Source: Patescibacteria group bacterium
Lineage (GTDB): Bacteria; Patescibacteriota; Patescibacteriia; Patescibacteriales; UBA12075
DNA: 64,000 nucleotides
Direction of reading: 5' to 3'
NCBI GenBank assembly: GCA_018897195.1
Contig: JAHILH010000004.1
Location: forward strand, 19,182 to 83,181
The translations under genes were made by a program, and so were the position numbers. The number at the start of each line of letters is the position of its first letter. Position 1 is the stretch's first letter. Below the pieces are notes generated by a model. It worked only from the letters and a program-made list of their open reading frames with translations. It had not been told where the DNA came from and searched no databases. Shown here one piece after another: positions 28,661-37,608 of the stretch.

Positions 28661-29986
28661 TTAAAAACCAACCTCTCTCCAATTTGGCAATATCCCATCG
28701 GCGCTACATGAAGATTCTACTCCACCAAGCTCGCCAGCACATGTCCAATACCATGGTCCTCTTCCCGTTAATGCTGAGGGTATGCCAACATTACAGAGAT
28801 CAGTTGTTGGGGCGATAAAAAATGACTGTCCATCTGCCGGTCCACACTGACCATTTACGGCACATGTCGCATCTGACGGCGTAACCGCACTACACGCTCC
28901 AAGGCAGTCTATTATCCCGCTAGTTGTCTGTCCGCAAGTATTCGCAGTCGAGGTGCAGCTGATTAAAGGTCGTTCAGCTGGTTTGACGGCGCTACACGGA
29001 AGCCCACAGCTCATAAGACCAGTGTTTGTATCGCCACAGGAATTTGCAGCAGAGGTACAAGGAATTGATGTAACGGGTGGTGCCACGGTAACACTACACA
29101 CTCCAACGCAATTATATACACCAGGCGTTGTCATCCCACAAGCATTAGCCGGAGAAACGCAGGGAGTGCCATAGATGGCCGGATTAGGTGGCACGGTAGC
29201 ACTACACGCCCCCGTACAAGTTATCGTTCCGGAATTTCTTTGATTACAACTATTAAATGCAGAAAAACAAGCATTTCCATAAGGTGGCTTATATACCGTT
29301 GTACTTGTATACGTCCTTGGCAATGGCGCCGGCGCACTACACAAACCCGTATTGCACTGGATTACGCCAGTATTATATTCTCCACAAACATTAGTATAAG
29401 ATTGACAATAAGTCAGGGCATTAAGCGGATAAAGAGGAGGCACTGGATTAGGCGGTACACTGCATGTCCCAGAACAGCCTATAAACCCAGAATATTTTTG
29501 ATTACAAGCATTGGGGTTTGAGTAACAAACTGAGCTATATCCAGGTGGAGTGGGCGGCGCAGCAACGCTGCAAGATGTCGCTCCCCACAACCCATAAACT
29601 ATCGTACCAACGGCGCACACCTTGCAGGGGTTACAAACGACACAGGCACTACTAGCGCAAATAGTATTTGCTGGCGTGACAGCACTACAAGCACCGTAAC
29701 AATCTATTGTCCCGCTACTAGTTTTCCCGCAAGCGTTCGGAGCAGAGGTGCAAGCTTTGCCGTAATTTGCCGGATTAGCAGGAACTGGGGCAGAACAAGC
29801 AACCCCACCACCCCAAAGATTATAGTATGTACCGGAATTACAAGTACCACAAAAATTACAAGACTTACAAGCAGTTCCCACGGCTTGTGCCTTGGCCTCA
29901 TTTTTAAAAAAAACAAACGAACTAAAAATAAAAAAACAAACAACAATTAAAAACTTTATCCATTTTGTCATATTATTGTTAAACAT
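28661..29986 (-). CDS. secreted Cys-rich modular repeat protein
   Basis: 441 aa. Signal peptide ending AKA/QA, seven modules of C-x6-C-x9-C-x3(4)-C-S-[AV]-x-x-P, and a terminal C..NG.CG...G...... domain. About 45 Cys by hand count. Confidence 0.7.
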   Translation of the reverse strand: MFNNNMTKWIKFLIVVCFFIFSSFVFFKNEAKAQAVGTACKSCNFCGTCNSGTYYNLWGGGVACSAPVPANPANYGKACTSAPNACGKTSSGTIDCYGACSAVTPANTICASSACVVCNPCKVCAVGTIVYGLWGATSCSVAAPPTPPGYSSVCYSNPNACNQKYSGFIGCSGTCSVPPNPVPPLYPLNALTYCQSYTNVCGEYNTGVIQCNTGLCSAPAPLPRTYTSTTVYKPPYGNACFSAFNSCNQRNSGTITCTGACSATVPPNPAIYGTPCVSPANACGMTTPGVYNCVGVCSVTVAPPVTSIPCTSAANSCGDTNTGLMSCGLPCSAVKPAERPLISCTSTANTCGQTTSGIIDCLGACSAVTPSDATCAVNGQCGPADGQSFFIAPTTDLCNVGIPSALTGRGPWYWTCAGELGGVESSCSADGILPNWREVGF

Positions 29987-30010
29987 AAATATATGTTAAA
30001 AGTATAATTA

Positions 30011-30961
30011 TTAAAAAGTGATAAATATATTAGCCTTAAAAATAGTTATGAGTGCCCCAAGAATAATCCACACAGAAAAAGGCAGGGATTTTACAATATT
30101 GATTTCCTGATGATTATTAGAAAAATAATAAATTTTAATTTTTTCCACCTGTTCAATCGTTAGACCCTCGGCCATAAATCTTCCCAATGACGCTAAAAAT
30201 TCTTTTTTTTCTATAATCTTATTCCTTTCCACTTCGCTCAAATTCATACCCGGCTTAAGTTCTTCAACTCTTATTTTCATCTCACTCTTATTATAATAAT
30301 ACCCCAAAATTCGATTAAGCGCAAGAAAAAATATAAAATAATAAATTATTTTAGAAATATTTAATTGTATTTGAAAAGACCTATGTAAAATAAAAAAATA
30401 TAGCAAATACTTCAAGGTAATCTTAGAGATATTAATCAGATAATACTTAGGATTTTTTAAATTAACTAATAGCTTTAAAAACTGCTTTTTAGTATCGTTC
30501 CAAAATTTAATTAAAACAACGTTCATTGAACTTTTTTTTATCTCGAAAATTAAATCGCTCAAAAATAAAAAAGCGGCCTTAATAAAAATAAAAAATAGAA
30601 ACGGAATAAAAATATTAACTAATAAAACGACAGATGGAAAAATGGGAACGTAACTTTTATTGTAATATTCAAGCGGCAACAAGAAGGCAAACAGGGCAAA
30701 AAATTTTGCATCACCCGCTGGCCACACTTGCGCATACCACATCAAAAACCCAAGCAATAAAGCCAAGGCGGAGTTGAGCCAAACAGTTGTAATATATTCA
30801 TTGCTTATTTGTCCAATAACTAAAAAAGAAAAAAATAAAATCTCGCCAAAAATCAAACCAAACAAAATCCATTTATTTCTAATTTTTCTTGTAACAAGAT
30901 CATCATCCAAAATCAACTTTCCAATCACAAACATGATAACCAATGAAATAATTTTAAACAT
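30011..30961 (-). CDS. polytopic membrane protein with A24 (prepilin/preflagellin peptidase)-like aspartyl motifs
   Basis: 316 aa. LDDDLVTRKIRNKW (first Asp motif, cf. D..tr.IPN), WPAGDAKFFALF (GxGD-like) and C-terminal LPFSVWIILG. The start overlaps the upstream rSAM gene by 8 nt. Confidence 0.5.
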   Translation of the reverse strand: MFKIISLVIMFVIGKLILDDDLVTRKIRNKWILFGLIFGEILFFSFLVIGQISNEYITTVWLNSALALLLGFLMWYAQVWPAGDAKFFALFAFLLPLEYYNKSYVPIFPSVVLLVNIFIPFLFFIFIKAAFLFLSDLIFEIKKSSMNVVLIKFWNDTKKQFLKLLVNLKNPKYYLINISKITLKYLLYFFILHRSFQIQLNISKIIYYFIFFLALNRILGYYYNKSEMKIRVEELKPGMNLSEVERNKIIEKKEFLASLGRFMAEGLTIEQVEKIKIYYFSNNHQEINIVKSLPFSVWIILGALITIFKANIFITF

Positions 30962-31901
30962 TTTTTAAAATTTTATTAATTATCTTTTTTTTGTCGACAA
31001 AAACCGGGTATGCCTCATCCATTTTGTAATAATTACCTTCATTATACAATCCAATACAAATATTATTCAAAGAGCACGTCACACAGTCCTTCTTCTTCTT
31101 ATAAAATCCATCAATATGCCCGCTTTCCTGCAAAAACTCTCCTTTGTCATCAAGAAAGTAAGTAACCCGTTTTTCTTTTTTAACTATTTTTCGAGTCTCC
31201 GTAGACAAGTGTTCATAGCCAGTCATATAACACAAAGGCACACGTTCAACCCTGGCCGTCTTATGATTTTTTTGAATAATTTCAAGCGCCTTAAAAAGTT
31301 CGAGTTGAAAATCATTCATCCGCGGAATCACTTCCGAGTGACTTCGAATTCTTTCCGAAGTTGGATCAAGATTATTGAAGACAAAATGATCAACAAATGG
31401 ATAGTTAGTAACTAACATTTTAATCAATTCCGACAAATTATCCGCATTCCACTTGCCTATTACCACATTCATATTAACCTTAACATTTCCCAAGCGCTGC
31501 AAATTTACCAAAGCTTTTTTTATATTAGGCAGAGATTCTTTGTTTTTCGATATTTTTCCCTGAACCTCCTTCTTGTGTGAATAAATTGATAGGTGCAATT
31601 GTCTCAAACCAGCCTTTTTCAGCATCTCCAAATATTCATAATCTGCGATTTTTTGTCCATTACTGATCATATTCACAAACAACCCGCTTTGACTAGAATA
31701 GGTCATAATCTCTTTTAGCTCGGGATGCAACGTCGGCTCCCCTCCTGTTAAAATAATTCCTTCAAAGCCCCTTTTTTTAAAATCGTCAATCTTGGTTCTT
31801 ATTTCAGGCAAGCTCAAAACTAACCCGTTGTCGGGATTGGAACAAATTATGCATTGCTGATTGCACTGCCTGATTATCTGAAGATAGGCAAAATTGGCCA
31901 T
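30954..31901 (-). CDS. radical SAM enzyme (compact type, paralog group A)
   Basis: 315 aa. C13-x3-C17-x2-C20 (RQCNQQCIICS), GGEPTLHP, VPLCYMTGYE motif shared with 33035..33922, C-terminal CVTCSLNNIC. Confidence 0.75.
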   Translation of the reverse strand: MANFAYLQIIRQCNQQCIICSNPDNGLVLSLPEIRTKIDDFKKRGFEGIILTGGEPTLHPELKEIMTYSSQSGLFVNMISNGQKIADYEYLEMLKKAGLRQLHLSIYSHKKEVQGKISKNKESLPNIKKALVNLQRLGNVKVNMNVVIGKWNADNLSELIKMLVTNYPFVDHFVFNNLDPTSERIRSHSEVIPRMNDFQLELFKALEIIQKNHKTARVERVPLCYMTGYEHLSTETRKIVKKEKRVTYFLDDKGEFLQESGHIDGFYKKKKDCVTCSLNNICIGLYNEGNYYKMDEAYPVFVDKKKIINKILKNV

Positions 31902-31907
31902 ATTATT

Positions 31908-33038
31908 TTAAAACGGTTTTATTATTTTAAAACTTTTATTTCTTATTTCATTTATATGAACACCGTCACAGTCCTTGTCCATGACGCATTTCTGACATCT
32001 TATGCTTTTTACAAAATATCTATTTTTTATATAAAATTCCGTAAATTCATTTATATCAAGACTCGGACTGAACTTAGCAACCCCTGTTTGCATGGTTGTC
32101 GCTCTTTGACATTTTGCCCTTGCCTTAGGCCCAAGCACCCCTATAGTTCTTAGCTTAATTAAATCCTTGCAAAAATCATTCATATAACAAATGTCGCATC
32201 TTTCTCCATGACAGCTCATCAGTCGGCCAACCTTAATATATTCTAAAAATTGTTGTCTCATGCCCAGCACATCATCATTTAGCTTATGCGGACTTTGTAT
32301 CAACCACTCATAGTTCTCCAAGTTGCGCGCCGGCCATCTATTGGTCCACAAATGCACGCCTTCTATTTTTGAGAATTCCCAGGCCTTGTCGAGATATTTC
32401 TTTGCCCCTCCATAATTAAAAAAAAGTTTTTTTCGATTGTGCCAAGCCTGACCGAATGGAACAAGATAAAGAATATCAAACTCATACACCCCCAACTTTA
32501 TAAAAAAATTCAAAGTTTGGGATAAAGTTTTATAATTCAATTTTGTTACCACGATATCAATACTAACAATCAGATTATGTGCGATAACATTCAATAATCC
32601 TTTCATGGTCTGCTCATAAACACCTTTTACGCCAATAATCTCTTCAAGGATCTGCTTGTTGTGACTATGCAGAGAAACAGTCACCTCATCTAGTCCGGCT
32701 TTTTTTAACTTCTCGGCAAAATCGTCATAAGCAAACATTCTCCCATTACTAATCATTTGTACATGGGTATAACCGATTTTTTTTGCCTGACTAATTATTT
32801 TAACCACATCCGGATGCAAGGTTGGTTCTCCCCCAGAAATTATCACCCGCTTAGCACCACCAAGAAATCCAGATTTCAATTCTTTTACAATCTCCTCATA
32901 AGCAATTGATGTTCCATCTTGGTTGCCTGTATCATGACAAAAAAGACAATTGTTATTACAAACTTTTGTCACCCTAACCCAGTGTCTTTTTTCTTCCGCC
33001 ACCAAGTCTCTTAAAATAAGATCTTCTTGTCTACTCAT
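31908..33038 (-). CDS. radical SAM enzyme (paralog group A, Cys-rich C-terminal extension)
   Basis: 376 aa. VCNNNCLFCHD, SGGEPTLHP, ISNGRMFAY, SLHSH. C-terminal clusters CHGERCDICYMNDFC and CQKCVMDKDC. Confidence 0.75.
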   Translation of the reverse strand: MSRQEDLILRDLVAEEKRHWVRVTKVCNNNCLFCHDTGNQDGTSIAYEEIVKELKSGFLGGAKRVIISGGEPTLHPDVVKIISQAKKIGYTHVQMISNGRMFAYDDFAEKLKKAGLDEVTVSLHSHNKQILEEIIGVKGVYEQTMKGLLNVIAHNLIVSIDIVVTKLNYKTLSQTLNFFIKLGVYEFDILYLVPFGQAWHNRKKLFFNYGGAKKYLDKAWEFSKIEGVHLWTNRWPARNLENYEWLIQSPHKLNDDVLGMRQQFLEYIKVGRLMSCHGERCDICYMNDFCKDLIKLRTIGVLGPKARAKCQRATTMQTGVAKFSPSLDINEFTEFYIKNRYFVKSIRCQKCVMDKDCDGVHINEIRNKSFKIIKPF

Positions 33039-33922
33039 TTTTTTATCGGTTTAAATTCTTTCCAGCCAAATTTTTCTGGATATTCTCGCCAAGTTCCTTC
33101 ACAATATTTATAATGCTTACATTTATTACAGTTCGGCCCTTTTAATTTGCCCTCAGTAATTCGATATTTCTTATAATCTTCAATTTCCATCTGGTAATCA
33201 TAAACCATCGAATCAAACTGAATATTTTCCGCCACATATTCCTCATAACCTGTCATAAAACAAAATGGAATCGCCTCTGTCATTGCGGCAACTTTGAAAT
33301 GTTTAGCAATATCTAATCCCTTTTTTACATAAGGCATTACCAAGCTCATTCTTGGCACAACCATATCAAAATTTCGCTCCGCCGACCCCACGGCATGCAC
33401 AAAGGCAAATTGAAACTGAGCAACACCAAGACTAACTAGTAATTTAGCTATTTCCGGCAAGTGGCGGTAGTTGGACTTAACCACAACCACATTAATCATA
33501 ACCTTCTGTTTCAGCTGTACTAAATTTCTAATACCAGCCACAGTCTGATGAAAACTATCACTCCCGGTCAACCAATTATGCAACTCCGGTGTATGTCCAT
33601 GCAAAGCAAGGGCGAATTCATTAACACCAAGCGCTATCATTTTCTCACAAAATTCTGTATAGGCAAACATCCGACCATTAGTCTGCATCTGAATGATCTT
33701 ATAACCACTCTTTACAGCCAAGGCCACTAGGCCCTCGATTCCTTTTTTTATTGTCGGTTCGCCACCAGTAAAGACAACGCCATCACAGTCCTTGCTACCA
33801 GCTACAATATTCTTTTCAATCACCTCTAAAGAAATGTCGCCAAATTGTTTTTTATGTCCCTGGACACAAAAAACACAATTATTATTGCACAAAAATCCTA
33901 TTTTGATATCCGCTTTTTTCAT
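33035..33922 (-). CDS. radical SAM enzyme (paralog group A)
   Basis: 295 aa. LCNNNCVFCVQ, TGGEPT, QTNGRMFAY, ALHGH, IPFCFMTGYE, C-terminal CNKCKHYKYC. ATGA overlap with the next gene. Confidence 0.75.
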   Translation of the reverse strand: MKKADIKIGFLCNNNCVFCVQGHKKQFGDISLEVIEKNIVAGSKDCDGVVFTGGEPTIKKGIEGLVALAVKSGYKIIQMQTNGRMFAYTEFCEKMIALGVNEFALALHGHTPELHNWLTGSDSFHQTVAGIRNLVQLKQKVMINVVVVKSNYRHLPEIAKLLVSLGVAQFQFAFVHAVGSAERNFDMVVPRMSLVMPYVKKGLDIAKHFKVAAMTEAIPFCFMTGYEEYVAENIQFDSMVYDYQMEIEDYKKYRITEGKLKGPNCNKCKHYKYCEGTWREYPEKFGWKEFKPIKK

Positions 33923-33934
33923 AATTCAATCTAT

Positions 33935-34690
33935 TTAAAAAATATCTATAAATTGTACCTCTTTTATTTTAAAAATACCAACTTTTTCCAAATATTTTTT
34001 GGGCATTTTTTCTACTTCAATATTTAAAAAATCTTTATCCCTGGCTGCCACGATGGCCTCCAATAACAAATCGGCATAAGCCGAAAAATCAACAACAAGC
34101 CAAGAGTTGTCCAATATTCGCCCCTCTGGAACTAATCCGGAAAATTTAATACCCCTTACATTGTTTTGATGCAATAACTCAACTATGTCCAACAAGTATT
34201 CGTGGTTTAATGATGTAATAACAATGTTTACGGCCAAATAATGAGTATGCTTTAAAATATTTTGAATACCTCGCATGGTCATACCATGGCTACCAATGAC
34301 ACCCGTAATTAAATCATGTTTCTCTGCTCGAAAATCATGAAAACTTGTTCTCATCATAAAGCGATTCAAATCAATGTTTTTAAAAAAATCTTGCGCATAA
34401 TTAGAGTCAGAAAATTTAACACAGTTTGTCGCCATTGTACACGAAAAACCCTCCTTCTGGGCATAAATAACAGCCTCTTTTAAATACGGAAAAACTGTTG
34501 GCTCTCCGCCAAAAAAATCAATCTTCTGATAGCCACGCGTCTTGGCAAAACTAATTTGCTCTTTTACCTCCTTATAAGAAAACAACTCCCCTTTTGCCAA
34601 ATTTTCTTTTTCCATGCAAAATAAGCAATTCAAATTACACTTATTCAAACGGATAATATAGGCCATCTCTTTTTCTTTAATAGTCTTCAT
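33935..34690 (-). CDS. radical SAM enzyme (short)
   Basis: 251 aa. KCNLNCLFCME, FGGEPT. 4-nt overlap with the upstream PP-loop gene. Confidence 0.7.
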   Translation of the reverse strand: MKTIKEKEMAYIIRLNKCNLNCLFCMEKENLAKGELFSYKEVKEQISFAKTRGYQKIDFFGGEPTVFPYLKEAVIYAQKEGFSCTMATNCVKFSDSNYAQDFFKNIDLNRFMMRTSFHDFRAEKHDLITGVIGSHGMTMRGIQNILKHTHYLAVNIVITSLNHEYLLDIVELLHQNNVRGIKFSGLVPEGRILDNSWLVVDFSAYADLLLEAIVAARDKDFLNIEVEKMPKKYLEKVGIFKIKEVQFIDIF

Positions 34691-35409
34691 TTTTTTACTC
34701 TTCGAGCCTTTATGATATTTAATTCATAGCCCTGTCTTGATGTCACCACCTCGCTCTTATTAATAACAATTTTTTCCTTAAAAAAGGGAGCATCAACAAC
34801 CAAGGTATGATACTCGCCCTTGTCGCCACAATAATCAATACCGTTTGTCTTACTTAAATATTCAAAAAAAACATTATCAACTTCCCTGCCAAGCCACTCT
34901 CGACCAATATATATTGGTTTAACCGCAGTAATAATAATTTTTAATCCTGAATCAATGATTGCGCGTAAAACATTTTTGGAATTTTTTTTATAATTTGGCA
35001 AAATTAATTCCATATTTAATTTCTTTGTAACATCTACCAGAAGCTTATCCTGATAATCGCCAGACAGAATATAACCAAAAACAACGCCATCAATGCCTTT
35101 CTTTTTTAAAGATGAAAAAATGGCAAAAATTTGTTTTTCAAATAACTCTTTATCAACTCTCTGATGAGCTACGCTTTTTTGCATAATTGGCAGGCCAATT
35201 GAACGCGCCTGTAATTTCACTAACTCCTTGCCATAAGCATGAAAGCTCACTCTGCCCTCATTGTTAATTAAGTTTAAAAAACCTACAACTTCAAAATTGT
35301 CATTAAGACAAGACTGATAAGCAAACAAACCATCCTTGCCGCCACTAATAACGCTTATTAATTTTTTAACAGGTTTTACTCCCTTTATGTTTTTGACATT
35401 TTTTATCAT
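34687..35409 (-). CDS. Dph6/MJ0570-like PP-loop ATP pyrophosphatase (ATP_bind_4 family)
   Basis: 240 aa. PP-loop variant SGGKDG, then the ...H......L...QA.S.GLP... and GVVFGYILSGDYQ pattern typical of the diphthine-ammonia ligase family. Confidence 0.6.
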   Translation of the reverse strand: MIKNVKNIKGVKPVKKLISVISGGKDGLFAYQSCLNDNFEVVGFLNLINNEGRVSFHAYGKELVKLQARSIGLPIMQKSVAHQRVDKELFEKQIFAIFSSLKKKGIDGVVFGYILSGDYQDKLLVDVTKKLNMELILPNYKKNSKNVLRAIIDSGLKIIITAVKPIYIGREWLGREVDNVFFEYLSKTNGIDYCGDKGEYHTLVVDAPFFKEKIVINKSEVVTSRQGYELNIIKARRVKK

Positions 35410-36502
35410 CTAACTTGTTCTTATTTTTTATTATTTTGCTTGACCCGATCATAACATCTGCTATTTTACAAAAGTTTTTAAAATATTCGAGAAAGTTTTT
35501 TCCATTATAAACTGACCAAAGGTACAGGGGTAAGGGATTAGCGCAAATATATCCGTATTCACATGTTTGACACTTATCATCAACAGCTTTAGTTAATTTC
35601 AAAAATAACAAATCAAATAATTTTTTTCTTTTTTCTAAATCAATTTTTCCGGCATCGCCAATAATAAACCCCTTACGGTCCTCTTCTTTTAGCGGAAGCA
35701 CCCATTCAAAAAAATAAAAATTTCCATCTGCTCCCAATAATATTTTTGCATAATGAGATGAGCCCCAGAGACGATTAAGTAATCGAAAGTTAATTTTATC
35801 ATTATCGTTATATTTTTTAATGACAACTCCTAGTCTTTTCTTTAATTTTCTTACATCGACCTCACTCCACAACGTAAGCATTTGCGGAAACAAGTCAATA
35901 TAAGGAAAATTATTGCTCGTCATGAAGTTGACATTCTCTTCCAAGTGACCAACTTCAGACGGAGAAATTGTTGAAATAACCCTCATTGAACATTTCCTTT
36001 TTTTATTCAAGGAAAAATTTTTAAAATTCTTCCAGGCTAAATCAAAAGAATTTACTCCATCCCCGCCCCTAGTTTTCCGATGAGCGCCGTGGCTCTTAGC
36101 ACCACCATCCAAGCTAAAATTAATTGTAAATCGTTCGTCCATTTTGCTGACGAAATCTTGCATTTTTTTGTCAAAGGCAACTCCATTGGTAGTTGCAACA
36201 ACTGAAATATTTATCCCCTTCTCCGCTGCTCGCTTAAAGATGTAATTGACTGAACTCACAAAAAGATCTGGATAAATAAAAGGCTCGCTCGTCGTAAAAG
36301 TTATTGTCTTATCATTACCTGATAATTCATAAAAAGTATCAATAGCCTTTTCAATTGTTTTATAGTCTAATACTGATTCGCTTGTTTTGTTCACGAAACA
36401 ATAATCACAATCCAAATTACATTTTTCACTAAAACAAATATCCATCTGCGAGGGATGGGAAATTTCATTATTAAAAACATTTTCTTTTTTTAAATTATTC
36501 AT
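35366..36502 (-). CDS. radical SAM enzyme, anSME/SPASM-like
   Basis: 378 aa. EKCNLDCDYCF. C-terminal CQTCEYGYIC (CxxCx5C) partial SPASM/twitch-like cluster. Confidence 0.7.
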   Translation of the reverse strand: MNNLKKENVFNNEISHPSQMDICFSEKCNLDCDYCFVNKTSESVLDYKTIEKAIDTFYELSGNDKTITFTTSEPFIYPDLFVSSVNYIFKRAAEKGINISVVATTNGVAFDKKMQDFVSKMDERFTINFSLDGGAKSHGAHRKTRGGDGVNSFDLAWKNFKNFSLNKKRKCSMRVISTISPSEVGHLEENVNFMTSNNFPYIDLFPQMLTLWSEVDVRKLKKRLGVVIKKYNDNDKINFRLLNRLWGSSHYAKILLGADGNFYFFEWVLPLKEEDRKGFIIGDAGKIDLEKRKKLFDLLFLKLTKAVDDKCQTCEYGYICANPLPLYLWSVYNGKNFLEYFKNFCKIADVMIGSSKIIKNKNKLDDKKCQKHKGSKTC

Positions 36503-36509
36503 ATTTTTC

Positions 36510-37604
36510 TTAAAAACACCGCGCCTTAATAGCCGCCTGAATAGCGCTCTTGTCGTACTTATTTTTCTCTATCTTTTTTCTAAAATACTTCACCGCCTCA
36601 ATGGTGGCTAAATAATAGTATCGCCTAACTATATGCGCGTGATCATTATTAATAACTCCACCATAATATTCCCTCTCACATTTTTGACATTCTTCCCTGG
36701 TTATATCAAACGAACATTTCTCATATTTTAAAAATTTTTTCTCCTTCAGGTTAGCAATAACAAACTTTTTTTTATCATCGCGATTAAGCAAAAAGGGTGA
36801 GAAGGCCACCTCCCCACTTGGATAAACCTCTAGCGTATGCTGGAATGGACACGCAACGCCTTGTAAGCCGCCTATAAACTGTCGATCAAACTCCCAGTTA
36901 ACAGGATTGATATAAAATTTTGGCATACCGTTTGTACCAATATTCTTCAAAAATTCTTTTAACACTTTCTCATATCCCCTAATAAAATTATCCTGATATT
37001 CCTTTGTCCAGTCCTCAAATTCTTGCACTATTTCAAAGTTAATATTATCACTAACCCCAAGTGCAAGCAAGTCTGTGAAATAGTCGTATATTTTTTTACT
37101 TTGCGAAGGAATTATAACAAATGAGATACCTATATTCTGAAGAGGAATTTTTTTTCTCAATTTTAATAAATTAGCCAAGACAACGTCATAAGTACCACTA
37201 CCCCCTTTGAAAAAACGATACTGATTATGATTTTTTTTGTCACCAGCTAGGCTAACCGAAATTTTAATATCATAAGTTTTTATAAAAGCGATCAAGTCAT
37301 CATCTAAAATCGTTAGGCTGGTAGCCACGGAAATAACTAGTTTTTTCTTATTCTCTATGGCTAAATCAAAGGCATATTGCACAATATTTTTAAAAAGCGC
37401 TATTTCCAAAAAAGGCTCTCCTCCATAAATAGACAATAGCTTTTCTTCGCCCTGAGACTCAATAAGTAAATCAACCGCCGCCCTAGCCACCGACAACGGC
37501 ATAACTTCATTTGTTTTTTTAACAAAACAATAATTACAGTCAGCATTACAGCTCGTTGTTAAAGCTAATTTAATTTTACGAACATTTTTATTATTAAATT
37601 TCAT
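36510..37604 (-). CDS. radical SAM enzyme, anSME-like
   Basis: 364 aa. TSCNADCNYCF, YGGEPF. C-terminal Cys (CPF..., C..DITREECQKC). Confidence 0.7.
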   Translation of the reverse strand: MKFNNKNVRKIKLALTTSCNADCNYCFVKKTNEVMPLSVARAAVDLLIESQGEEKLLSIYGGEPFLEIALFKNIVQYAFDLAIENKKKLVISVATSLTILDDDLIAFIKTYDIKISVSLAGDKKNHNQYRFFKGGSGTYDVVLANLLKLRKKIPLQNIGISFVIIPSQSKKIYDYFTDLLALGVSDNINFEIVQEFEDWTKEYQDNFIRGYEKVLKEFLKNIGTNGMPKFYINPVNWEFDRQFIGGLQGVACPFQHTLEVYPSGEVAFSPFLLNRDDKKKFVIANLKEKKFLKYEKCSFDITREECQKCEREYYGGVINNDHAHIVRRYYYLATIEAVKYFRKKIEKNKYDKSAIQAAIKARCF

Positions 37605-37608
37605 AAAT

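Noticed and set aside
28953-29946. ORFs 28953..29174, 29240..29521 and 29704..29946 inside or opposite the Cys-rich gene
   Set aside because: They are shadow frames of a GC-richer gene whose main frame shows a clear signal peptide and a regular Cys module structure.
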